Assembly (NCBI GenBank): GCA_030696085.1
Contig: JAUYNL010000046.1
Coordinates: 4,696 to 68,695 of the forward strand
DNA: 64,000 nucleotides
Direction: 5' to 3'
From: Luteolibacter sp.
GTDB taxonomy: Bacteria; Verrucomicrobiota; Verrucomicrobiia; Verrucomicrobiales; Akkermansiaceae
Part shown: positions 38,476-47,392 of the stretch, piece by piece
Layout of the letters: each line of letters starts with the position of its first letter
How positions within the stretch are numbered: the first letter of the stretch is position 1
Made by a program: the position numbers and the translations under genes
Notes under the pieces: model-generated
Databases searched by the model: none
The model's input: only the letters and a program-made list of their open reading frames with translations
Told to the model about the DNA's origin: nothing

Positions 38476-38985
38476 TCACTCGCCGCCGAGTTCGGGTTTC
38501 TTTTTTCCGCGCGCCTCACGGAAGAAGCTTTGGAGGAGTCCGAGGCATTCCTCGCCGAGCACGCCGGAGGTGATATCGCAGCGGTGGTTGAGCGGCGGGT
38601 TGGACTCCAGCAGGTTGATCCAGCCGCCAGCCGCGCCGCCTTTCGGGTCCGCGCAGCCGAAAACCACGCGCTCCGGCCGGCAATGTACGATGGCTCCCGC
38701 GCACATCGGGCAGGGCTCCTTGGTCACGTAAAGCGTGCATTTTTCCAGCCGCCAGTCGCCCAGCGATACTTGCGCGGCGGTGAGAGCGAGCATTTCCGCG
38801 TGGGCGGTGGCGTCCTTGAGCGTCTCCACCTGGTTCCAGGCGCGGGCAATGATGCGCCCCTCGCGGACAAGCACGGCACCCACCGGCACCTCGCCGGCGG
38901 CATAAGCCTTGCGCGCCTCGCGCAGCGCCTGGCCCATGAACCAGGCATCGCTGTGCAAATCAATGATCGGTGAGTCGTCGTCCAC
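38476..38985 (-). CDS. tadA: tRNA adenosine(34) deaminase
   Basis: WFMGQALREARKAYAAGEVPVGAVLV, HAEMLAL (HAE), and PCPMCAGAI (PCxxC). The start is ambiguous (TTG 39072, GTG 39021, GTG 38985 or ATG 38937). Confidence 0.88.
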   Translation of the reverse strand: MDDDSPIIDLHSDAWFMGQALREARKAYAAGEVPVGAVLVREGRIIARAWNQVETLKDATAHAEMLALTAAQVSLGDWRLEKCTLYVTKEPCPMCAGAIVHCRPERVVFGCADPKGGAAGGWINLLESNPPLNHRCDITSGVLGEECLGLLQSFFREARGKKKPELGGE

Positions 38986-39264
38986 GCGGGATGGGGTAGC
39001 GGACGCCGGGTCTTCCCGCACGCGTAAAAAATTTCCCCGTGATGCGGCGGGCCATGATGCAGGGCATGCCAATTGCCATGATGCAAACCATGACGATGAG
39101 GTGGATGACTCTCATGGGAGAACAGATGGATTGCCTTGAAGAAAGCAGTTTTTACGCCGCAAATTCCAATCTTAAGTGGCGGCTCGATTCTCCACGCCGC
39201 GCGGTGGGTTTTCCCGCAGCGTGGATCGCGCGGACTTCGCGGCAACTGGCTACTTGCCAGGCCA

Positions 39265-39924
39265 TCAGTTTCCGCGGGCGGACAAATAACGCTGCCACAG
39301 TCTTGCCGCGCCCTGATTGGAAGCACTGCGCACTGCGGCCCATGAGGTGGTGGCGGTGGCCGGGCGCTTGGCTCCGAGGCGGTGGTCGCTCAGTGCGCTG
39401 AGGCGCTCGCCGGTGGTGGAATCGAGGATTTCCCCCTCGAAGGAGACACTGGAGATGAAGGATGCCAGCGAATCCGAGCCGAGTGAGCCGGAGAGGGACG
39501 TCCTGGGATTTCCGTGGATGGTGGTCACTGCTTTTCCGCCCTTCTGGCCTTCAATCACATCGGTGAGGGCGGTGCGCACCCGCAGGGTGCCGGGACCCGG
39601 CGAGCTGGCGAGTTTGATGCCTGCGGGCACTTGAGAGCGCAGGGATTCCGAGAGATAGGCTGCAAGCTGGTCCTTCACCTGCGGGCTGATCCCCGGTGCG
39701 GCCACCACGGTGGTGACGGGCTCAAAAATGACGCTGTCGTATTTAGTGAGGTCCACACCGGGCTTGACGTAGGACGCCACCGCATCGGCGGTGCCGTACC
39801 CGGCGTCGAGCTGGGCATAGTTGGCAAGGAATCCCGATGGCGAACGACCGCCGGTCGAGCATGAGGAGACGGCGAGGGACAGCCCCGCCATGATGATTGC
39901 GCCGATGAATTGCATTGGTTTCAT
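39265..39924 (-). CDS. DUF3313 domain-containing lipoprotein
   Basis: Start re-picked to ATG 39924: MKPMQFIGAIIMAGLSLAVSSCST (lipobox), then GFLANYAQLD...YVKPGVDLTKYDSVIFEPV. Confidence 0.65.
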   Translation of the reverse strand: MKPMQFIGAIIMAGLSLAVSSCSTGGRSPSGFLANYAQLDAGYGTADAVASYVKPGVDLTKYDSVIFEPVTTVVAAPGISPQVKDQLAAYLSESLRSQVPAGIKLASSPGPGTLRVRTALTDVIEGQKGGKAVTTIHGNPRTSLSGSLGSDSLASFISSVSFEGEILDSTTGERLSALSDHRLGAKRPATATTSWAAVRSASNQGAARLWQRYLSARGN

Positions 39925-40029
39925 AAAATGAGTGTTGGTGGTTGATAACGAAGTTTCGTCCGCGGCTCCGTTGCGCCCCACTCTCTGTCAGGCTTGTCGC
40001 CGCAGGTCAAGGGTCGGGCTGCGTCAGCC

Positions 40030-41178
40030 TCACAAACGCACCGCGAGCCGTGTCTCGCGCGTGAGAGGGAATTCCTGGGAGACGCGCACATGGGACCGGC
40101 GGTGAATGCCCACCAGGATGCCCACCGCCGCAAGGCTGAAGACCAGGCTGGTGCCGCCGAAGCTGACGAAGGGCAGCGGCAGTCCGTCATTGGGAAGCAG
40201 CGCCGTGGTCACCGCGATGTTCTGGATGGCTGGAATCACAATCACGCAGGTCAGGCCCAGCGCGACGCAGCGGTTGAACATGTTGGCCGCCTGGAGGGCG
40301 ATGCCGCAGCCGGCCACGGCGATGAGCACATAACAGAATACCACGCCCAGCGTGAAGGGCAGGCCGAGCTCCTCACCCACGACCGGAAAAATGAAATCGA
40401 TGTGGGCGAAGGTGAGCGTGCCGAATTTTTCCACGCCATTCCCCAGGCCAACGCCCCACGGACCGCCATTGCCGAGGGCGAGCAGGGCGCGCCATTGCTG
40501 CATCCCGCGGTCGAGCTGGTGCACCGGATTTTCAAGATCCAGCCATGCCTCGATGCGCAATGAGCGGACCGGGTCGTTCAAGATGTACCAGACGGCCGCC
40601 GATGCGAGCAGGAGAGCGGTGGGGACGGTGTATCTCAAGCGGGTGCCGACGCAAAACAGGATGGCTCCCACAGCGACCGAGAGCGAGAGCGCGGAGCCGA
40701 CGTCCGTTTCGCCGGCGATGAGGATGATGGGAAGTCCCGCGATCATGCCCGGCAGGATGAAGCCGCGCCAGAAGGTATGCACTTCGGTCTGCCAGCGGGC
40801 GAACCATGCGGACAGGCATATGACGACCACGATCTTGGACAACTCGGATGGCTGGAACTGCGAGATGACCGGCATCTTGATCCAGCGTTTCGAACCGTAT
40901 ATCTCCACACCGATGCCCGGCACATAGCACAGGATCAACAGCACGCAGGCCACCGCCAACATCCATGGGGCGAGCTTGCGGAACTTCTCCGCCGGAACCC
41001 ACGCCGCGAAAATCGCCGCCACAATCCCCACCACGACCATGAGCGCCTGGCGGGTCAGGAAATGATAGGGGGCCTCGGCTCCCCTCACCCAGGTGCTGGT
41101 GCTAGCCAGCATGATCAGCCCGAGGGCGACCAGCGCGGCGACCGCCGCGCACAGGATGATGGAGCAATGACGAGCCAT
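40030..41178 (-). CDS. ftsW: FtsW/RodA/SpoVE (SEDS) family peptidoglycan glycosyltransferase
   Basis: About 10 TM segments. QPSELSKIVVVI, TDVGSAL, and DFIFPVVGEELGLPFTLGVV are typical SEDS motifs. It sits at the distal end of the dcw cluster. Confidence 0.88.
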   Translation of the reverse strand: MARHCSIILCAAVAALVALGLIMLASTSTWVRGAEAPYHFLTRQALMVVVGIVAAIFAAWVPAEKFRKLAPWMLAVACVLLILCYVPGIGVEIYGSKRWIKMPVISQFQPSELSKIVVVICLSAWFARWQTEVHTFWRGFILPGMIAGLPIILIAGETDVGSALSLSVAVGAILFCVGTRLRYTVPTALLLASAAVWYILNDPVRSLRIEAWLDLENPVHQLDRGMQQWRALLALGNGGPWGVGLGNGVEKFGTLTFAHIDFIFPVVGEELGLPFTLGVVFCYVLIAVAGCGIALQAANMFNRCVALGLTCVIVIPAIQNIAVTTALLPNDGLPLPFVSFGGTSLVFSLAAVGILVGIHRRSHVRVSQEFPLTRETRLAVRL

Positions 41179-41195
41179 GTGGGAGATATGAGATT

Positions 41196-41987
41196 TTATT
41201 CCGCGGGGATGGTGAGTTTCATGCCGATTTTCATCTTGCGGGGATCGCTGATGCCATTGGCACGCATGAGCGCCTCCTGGCTCACCTTGTAGCGCCCGGC
41301 GATGCGGAAGATGCTTTCGCCCGCCAGGACGGTGTGGCTGGTTCCGGATGCCGCTGGCGCGGGACTTCCACGGTCCGGCTTGGGACGGATCAATTGCGCC
41401 CTCGGCGCGCCGCTGACATCCACGGGCAGCGCCTCCACCAGCCCGCGGTCGTGATCCGCCGGGGTTTGAGCACGGATGGCGGCGACTTCCGGAGGATCCT
41501 CCGCGACGATGCGTTTCGGCGGAATCTTGAGGATCAATCCCGGTCGGATGTCCTTGTGTTCGTTGACCCTGCGGAGCTCTCCCTCATCCACTCCCTCGGC
41601 GGCGGCGATGCGCGCGTAGTTATCGCCGGTTCTAACGAAAATGGCTTTTTCACCGGTAGATAGGCGCGGAAGATCCTCACGGACTTGCGCGGCGGGTGCC
41701 GCAGCCTGCGCCGTTGCACTTTTCACGGCAGGGGCGGTCACCGCCGGAGAGCGCCCGTCCAGGAATCGCTGGTGGATGAATATCAGGGCGATGGCCACGA
41801 TGTGAATCAGGAAAATGATGGTCAGCGCACGCGAGATTTTCGAGCTACTGTCTTCCATTTCCATTTCGGAGGCGGGCGCAGCTGCGGCTGCAACACGCTG
41901 CCTGCGGTTGTTGGCGACGGCATGGAGGCGGCGGAAAATTCCTTTGGGTGCCGGACGGCGTTTGACGGGGAGTGTTTGGAGTTTCAT
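41196..41987 (-). CDS. LysM domain-containing membrane-anchored protein (two LysM repeats)
   Basis: One TM helix (ALTIIFLIHIVAIALIFIH). LysM-like repeats FVRTGDNYARIAAAEGVDEGELRRVNEHKDIRPGLILKIP and HTVLAGESIFRIAGRYKVSQEALMRANGISDPRKMKIGMKLTIP. Confidence 0.8.
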   Translation of the reverse strand: MKLQTLPVKRRPAPKGIFRRLHAVANNRRQRVAAAAAPASEMEMEDSSSKISRALTIIFLIHIVAIALIFIHQRFLDGRSPAVTAPAVKSATAQAAAPAAQVREDLPRLSTGEKAIFVRTGDNYARIAAAEGVDEGELRRVNEHKDIRPGLILKIPPKRIVAEDPPEVAAIRAQTPADHDRGLVEALPVDVSGAPRAQLIRPKPDRGSPAPAASGTSHTVLAGESIFRIAGRYKVSQEALMRANGISDPRKMKIGMKLTIPAE

Positions 41988-41996
41988 GACAAGGTG

Positions 41997-43307
41997 TTAG
42001 CGAAGCTGGTGGACAAGGTCACGAAACGCGTTGCCACGTTGTTCGTAACCGGAGAACTGATCGAAGGATGAGGTGCCCGGCGACAGCAGGACCGTCGAAC
42101 CGTGGGGTGAGAGGATGCGCGCCGCGGCCACGGCGTCCGCCAGGGTGGCTACCGGCTCGCTCGGCACGGCCTCGCCGAACAATGCGGCGAGCGGGCGGGC
42201 GATCTGGCCGAAAGTCACAGTGGCCAGGGCTTTTTCGCGCAACAGTGGCACGACCGGTTCATAATCGAGGCCCTTGTCCTTGCCACCGGCGATCAGGACG
42301 ACCGGCCGGGTCTGTGATCGCAGTGCGCTTTCCAAGGCATGCAGGTTGGTCGCCTTGGAATCGTTCAGATACTCCACGCCATCCAGCGTGCGGATGAGTT
42401 CGCAACGGTGGGGCGGAGGTGCATAACCATGAAGCGCCTCGCGCATGGTGGATGCCGGAATGCCTAGTGCCTGGCAGGCCGCCATGGCCGCCATGGCGTT
42501 CTCCGCGTTGTGCAGTCCGCGCAGGGCGGTGTCGTGCGCCATGTCGAGCCATGTCTCCCCGGCATGGAGAATCACATGGCCATCGGAAAACCAATCCGCC
42601 CCGGGATCAGTGGTGGAAATGGTCACGGTTCCGGCGACGAGCGACGGCAAAACCTCACCCGAGCGGATGACGGCGGTGTCCTGCGGCGTCTGGTTTTCGA
42701 AAATCCGGAGTTTTGCCGCGCGGTAGGCGTCCACGGTGGGATAGCGGTCCATGTGATCCGGCGCGAAATTCAACCAGACCGCGACGACCGGGCGCAGGGT
42801 GCGGATCGTTTCGAGTTGGAACGAACTGAGTTCTAACGAAACGGTGGCGGGCGGACTGGCTTGCAGGACCACCTCGGCGAAGGGCGTGCCGTAGTTTCCG
42901 CAGGGCGTGCCGCCAAGGCCGGCGTGGGCGAGAATGCGGGCCACCAGTTCGGTAGTGGTGGTTTTGCCGTTGGTGCCGGTGATGCCGACGATCCCGCCCT
43001 GATAGAAACGGGCGGCGAACTCGACCTCGCCGATCACCTCTCCGGCATGGGCGGAAAACGCGGCGACATAGGAACCGCAGGTGTCGATGCCCGGACTGAT
43101 CACCAGCAGATCGGAAACCACGTCACGCCCCTGCCCTGCGGTGGCTTCCGGGTGGATCTCCACGCCCGCCGGCATCTCCGCGAAAGCCCGTGCTCCTGCG
43201 AGATCCCAGATGGAAACCCGCGCCCCCTCGCGCAGCGCGAGCAGCGCCGCGGCGCGGCCGCTGCGGCCGACCCCGAGAATGGCGATGTGTTTTCCGGTGA
43301 GATCCAT
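41997..43307 (-). CDS. murD: UDP-N-acetylmuramoyl-L-alanine--D-glutamate ligase
   Basis: MDLTGKHIAILGVGRSGRAAA, GITGTNGKTTT, NAENAMAA. The track start (TTG 43322) overlaps mraY. I prefer ATG 43307. Confidence 0.9.
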   Translation of the reverse strand: MDLTGKHIAILGVGRSGRAAALLALREGARVSIWDLAGARAFAEMPAGVEIHPEATAGQGRDVVSDLLVISPGIDTCGSYVAAFSAHAGEVIGEVEFAARFYQGGIVGITGTNGKTTTTELVARILAHAGLGGTPCGNYGTPFAEVVLQASPPATVSLELSSFQLETIRTLRPVVAVWLNFAPDHMDRYPTVDAYRAAKLRIFENQTPQDTAVIRSGEVLPSLVAGTVTISTTDPGADWFSDGHVILHAGETWLDMAHDTALRGLHNAENAMAAMAACQALGIPASTMREALHGYAPPPHRCELIRTLDGVEYLNDSKATNLHALESALRSQTRPVVLIAGGKDKGLDYEPVVPLLREKALATVTFGQIARPLAALFGEAVPSEPVATLADAVAAARILSPHGSTVLLSPGTSSFDQFSGYEQRGNAFRDLVHQLR

Positions 43308-43314
43308 GGTTTCG

Positions 43315-44532
43315 TCAGACAATCTTGAGAATGGCCAGGCCGAAGAGCGCGAGCATGATCGAGAGGATCCAGAAGCGGACGATCACCTGGCTCTCATGCC
43401 AGCCTAACAACTCGAAATGATGGTGGATGGGAGACATCCTGAAGATGCGCTTGCGGCGCAGCTTGAAACTGCCGACCTGCAGGATCACCGACATCGCCTC
43501 CATCACGAAGATGCCGCCGATGATGACGAGCAGCAGCTCCTGCTTGGTGCAGATGGCCGCCGTGGCCAGCGCGCCGCCGATGGCCAGCGAGCCGGTGTCG
43601 CCCATGAACACCTTGGCGGGATGGCAGTTGAACCACAGGAAACCAAAGGCCGCCCCGGCCAGGGCCATCAGGAACACCGACAACTCACCGATGTAGAGGT
43701 TGTGCGGGATGACCAGATACTCGACGGACATGAAGTAGTGCCCGGCGAGATAGGCGAGCAGCGCGTAGGCGAGCGCACTGCTGATCGTGCAGCCGGTGGC
43801 CAGCCCGTCCAGACCGTCGGTTAGATTCACGGCGTTCGAGCAGGCCACGATGATCAGCGCGAAGAACGGGATCACCATCCAGCCGAGATCCACCAGCGGA
43901 ATCTTGGACAAGGGAAAACACACCGCGCCGATGCCGATCGGGTTGTTGCTGCCGAGGGTGAAGCCGGCCTCGCCCGCGGCGATGCGCGCCTCGCCCGCGC
44001 CGAAACCCGAGATTTCCGGCTTGAAGCAGATGAATGCGGCGGCGATCAGGGCGATCACCACCTGCCAGACGAGCTTGGTCCGGGAGCTGATGCCATCGGA
44101 TTTTTTCTCCTTCACCTTCTTGTAGTCGTCACACAACCCTAACAACCCGCAGGCCGCCATCGTGAAGGCGCAGACCGCGACGAAGGGATTGAGCGGGCGG
44201 GCGCAGACGATGGTGGAGACCAGCACGGTGCCGAGGATGAGCACGCCGCCCATGGTGGGCGTGCCGATTTTTCCGCCGTGAAGTTCCGCGAGCTTGTGGA
44301 CTTCCGCAGCGGTGCGGATCGGCTGGCCGACCTTGAGCGAGATCAGCCTGCGGATCACCCGGGGCCCGATGAGCAGCGAGAGGATGAAGGCGAGCAGACC
44401 GGCGCTGGCGGCGCGGAAGGTGATGTATTGGAAGAGATTGAGGAATGAAAACGTGTGGGCCCAGCCTTGATGGCCGGAAGCCTTTTCCGCATCGAACGCC
44501 TGGAGCCAGAAATCGTAAATCGCGGGAAGCAT
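43315..44532 (-). CDS. mraY: phospho-N-acetylmuramoyl-pentapeptide transferase
   Basis: GTPTMGGVLIL, NAVNLTDGLDGLA, MGDTGSLAIGGAL, SPIHHHFELLGW. Confidence 0.95.
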   Translation of the reverse strand: MLPAIYDFWLQAFDAEKASGHQGWAHTFSFLNLFQYITFRAASAGLLAFILSLLIGPRVIRRLISLKVGQPIRTAAEVHKLAELHGGKIGTPTMGGVLILGTVLVSTIVCARPLNPFVAVCAFTMAACGLLGLCDDYKKVKEKKSDGISSRTKLVWQVVIALIAAAFICFKPEISGFGAGEARIAAGEAGFTLGSNNPIGIGAVCFPLSKIPLVDLGWMVIPFFALIIVACSNAVNLTDGLDGLATGCTISSALAYALLAYLAGHYFMSVEYLVIPHNLYIGELSVFLMALAGAAFGFLWFNCHPAKVFMGDTGSLAIGGALATAAICTKQELLLVIIGGIFVMEAMSVILQVGSFKLRRKRIFRMSPIHHHFELLGWHESQVIVRFWILSIMLALFGLAILKIV

Positions 44533-45896
44533 CAGTTTTTAGGGAATGCGGCGTTCATGACTTTTTCGACGGTGGCAGCGCGGCTGCCCTTGAACAGGAC
44601 CACGTCACCGGGTTTCACCTCGCTGGAAAGCCAGGCGGCGGCATCCCCGAAGTCTGAAAAATAGGGAGCGTCTCCGGCACCGCGGGCGATGCCCTCCGCG
44701 CCTTCGCCCACGGCGATGGTCCTGAGCCCGCGAAGTGCGGCGAGCTCGCCCGCACGCAGGTGGGCGGCGGGGGCGTGGGCGCCGAGCTCGCCCATGCGGC
44801 CCATGACCATGATGCGGCGCGCGCCGTTAGAGACAGGCATGTCGGCGAGGGTTTCGATGGCGGCGGCCATCGATTCCGGGTTTGCATTGTAGGTGTCGTC
44901 GATCACCGAAACGCCGTTCCAATCGTAACGATTGAGGCGTCCGCCTGAAAGCGAGACGGCTGATAGAGCGGTGGCGATTTCAGTGACGGGCACACCGAGC
45001 TTCCAGCCTGCTCCGGCGGCGAGCAGGGCATTGGTCACCATGTGTTTGCCGGGAACCGGCAGCGTGACTTCGACGGCACCCTCCCCTTCGATGACGAGGT
45101 TGAAAACCGTGGATTGGGCGCCGAAGCGCGGATTTTCCGCGCGGACGAGACCGCGGCCGTTGCCGACCGGGATGAGGTGCGCCTTGGTCCGCTGGCGCAG
45201 ATATTCGTGGTAGTCGCAGGTGGCCGGAATGAAGAGAACACCATCGGGCGGCAGCGCGCGGGCGAGCGCACCCTTTTCCTCGGCGATGGCATCGCGCGAG
45301 CCTAGGAACTCGATGTGCGCCGTGCCGATGTTGGTGATGATGCCGAATTTCGGCCGGGCGATCTCGCACAGCGGGGCGAGCTCGCCGGAGTGGTTCATGC
45401 CCAGTTCCCATACGGCAGCGCCGTGTTGCGGAGTGGTGGCAAGAACCGTTAGAGGAACTCCGATGTGGTTGTTGAGGTTTCCCTTGGTGGCGGAGACGTT
45501 GAACTTGCGGGAGAGCACCGCGGCGGTGAAATCCTTGGTGCTGGTCTTGCCGTTGGAGCCGGTGATGCACACCACCGGAAGGTCGAGCTGCCTACGCCAC
45601 CAGTGCGCGAGTTTCTGCAGGGCGAGCAAGGCATCGGAAACCACGATCACCGCGGCGCTGGCAGGGGCATCACCGTTCCATGTGTGAACGACCACGACCG
45701 CCGCGCCTTTTTCGAAGGCGGTCTGGGCGAAGGCGTCGCCATCGAAGTTTTCGCCGCGCAGGGCGAAGAAAACCGCGCCCGGCGGCAGCGTGCGGGTGTC
45801 CGTGGAAACGCCGCCGGCCGCGAGCACGCCGGGATTTCCCGCGGCCACCTGCGTGCCGAGGATCTCCGCGATCTGTTGGGCGCTGAGTGGGTTCAT
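44532..45896 (-). CDS. murF: UDP-N-acetylmuramoyl-tripeptide--D-alanyl-D-alanine ligase
   Basis: ITGSNGKTSTKD, ELGMNHSGE, DDTYNANPESM. Confidence 0.92.
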   Translation of the reverse strand: MNPLSAQQIAEILGTQVAAGNPGVLAAGGVSTDTRTLPPGAVFFALRGENFDGDAFAQTAFEKGAAVVVVHTWNGDAPASAAVIVVSDALLALQKLAHWWRRQLDLPVVCITGSNGKTSTKDFTAAVLSRKFNVSATKGNLNNHIGVPLTVLATTPQHGAAVWELGMNHSGELAPLCEIARPKFGIITNIGTAHIEFLGSRDAIAEEKGALARALPPDGVLFIPATCDYHEYLRQRTKAHLIPVGNGRGLVRAENPRFGAQSTVFNLVIEGEGAVEVTLPVPGKHMVTNALLAAGAGWKLGVPVTEIATALSAVSLSGGRLNRYDWNGVSVIDDTYNANPESMAAAIETLADMPVSNGARRIMVMGRMGELGAHAPAAHLRAGELAALRGLRTIAVGEGAEGIARGAGDAPYFSDFGDAAAWLSSEVKPGDVVLFKGSRAATVEKVMNAAFPKN

Positions 45897-47392
45897 CGGC
45901 TTTCGGAAATGAGCTGGGCGCGTTCGCGCAGGGCCTTGGAGGCATGCTTGCGGTCGTCGAAGTCGATCGTGTGATCGGCGAATTGCTGGGTGCTTTCGTG
46001 GCCCTTGCCGGCGATCAAAATGATATCTCCGGAGAGCGAGTTCCTGATGGCGTGGGAGATCGCCTCGGAGCGGTCCGGGATGCTGAGGTGACCCTTGTTT
46101 CCCATGCCCGCCTCGATCTCGCGAATGATGGCGAGCGGGTCTTCCGAGCGCGGGTTGTCGGAAGTGACGACACAGGCGTCGCTGAGGCGCGCGGCGGCGG
46201 CCCCCATCAGCGGGCGCTTGCCGGTATCGCGGTCCCCGCCGCAGCCGAAGACGGTGATGAGGCGGCGCGGGTCCAACTCCTTGAGGGTGCGGCAGGCGTT
46301 TTCCAGCGCGTCCGGAGTGTGCGCGTAATCGACAAAAACAGTCGCGCCGCCGGCATTGCCGACGTTTTCCATGCGTCCCGGGACCTGCGGCGCGTTCGCG
46401 GCGGCGGCCACGGCCTCGCGCGGACGGATGCCACAGGCGTTGGCGGCGGCGATCGCGGCCAGCAGATTGTAAACATTGAATCGCCCGATCAGCGGAGCGC
46501 GGACGAGGAAGGTTTTGCCCTTGGCGGCGAGTTCGAATTCCATGCCGCGCGGGCTCTGGCGGAAGTTGTTCGCGCGGAAATCACAATGCACGTTGAAGCC
46601 GAAACGGATGACCGGCATTTTCCCGTCCAGCGAGGCGGCAAGGTCCGAGCCGTGGGCGTCGTCGGTATTGATCACGGCCACCGGTTTCTTGCCGCGCGGA
46701 TCGGTGGCGAGCGCCTGGAACCAATCGGCCTTCGCCTGATAATATGCTTCGAGCGTGCCGTGATAGTCCAGGTGGTCCTGCGTGAGATTGGTGAACACGC
46801 AGGCGTCGAAACCGATGGCGGAAATCCGTTTCTGATGGATGCCATGGGAGGAAACCTCCATCGCCACGCCACGGCAGCCGTGATCGCGCATACGGCCTAA
46901 CAAGGCACTCAGCTCGATCGATCCGGGAGTGGTGTGTTTCGCGGTTTCGGTGGCCTCCCCGTCATCGACGAGGATGGTTCCCAACAAGCCGGCGCGGTGC
47001 CACGCCGTCTTCATGATATGGTGGATCAGGAACGCGGTGGTGGTCTTGCCATTGGTGCCGGTGACACCGGCGATGGCGAGATCCTTCCACGGGTGGTCCT
47101 CGATGGTGGAGGAAAGTTCCGAGAGCGCCGCGCGGCTGTCCGGCACGTGCAGCCATGCGATGGCGGGATCGAGATCCACGGGCGGCGCGGTCTCCGCGAG
47201 GATGGCGGCTGCTCCGGCCGCGAGCGCATCGGAAATGAAGCGGTGGCCATCGATGCTGGTGCCGCGGATGGCGGCGAAGAGCACGCCCGGGGCCACCTCG
47301 CGCGAAGAGGCCGTCAGGGCGTGGATCTCCGCGTCCAGCGGGCCGGAGGCCGTGAGGCGGGAAAGGCAGGAAATGAGCTCGCGGAGGATCAT
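45893..47392 (-). CDS. murE: UDP-N-acetylmuramoyl-L-alanyl-D-glutamate--2,6-diaminopimelate ligase
   Basis: GVTGTNGKTTTAFL, MEVSSHG, VDYAHTPDAL, GCGGDRDTGKRPLMG (DNPR-type region SDNPRSEDP). Confidence 0.93.
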   Translation of the reverse strand: MILRELISCLSRLTASGPLDAEIHALTASSREVAPGVLFAAIRGTSIDGHRFISDALAAGAAAILAETAPPVDLDPAIAWLHVPDSRAALSELSSTIEDHPWKDLAIAGVTGTNGKTTTAFLIHHIMKTAWHRAGLLGTILVDDGEATETAKHTTPGSIELSALLGRMRDHGCRGVAMEVSSHGIHQKRISAIGFDACVFTNLTQDHLDYHGTLEAYYQAKADWFQALATDPRGKKPVAVINTDDAHGSDLAASLDGKMPVIRFGFNVHCDFRANNFRQSPRGMEFELAAKGKTFLVRAPLIGRFNVYNLLAAIAAANACGIRPREAVAAAANAPQVPGRMENVGNAGGATVFVDYAHTPDALENACRTLKELDPRRLITVFGCGGDRDTGKRPLMGAAAARLSDACVVTSDNPRSEDPLAIIREIEAGMGNKGHLSIPDRSEAISHAIRNSLSGDIILIAGKGHESTQQFADHTIDFDDRKHASKALRERAQLISESR

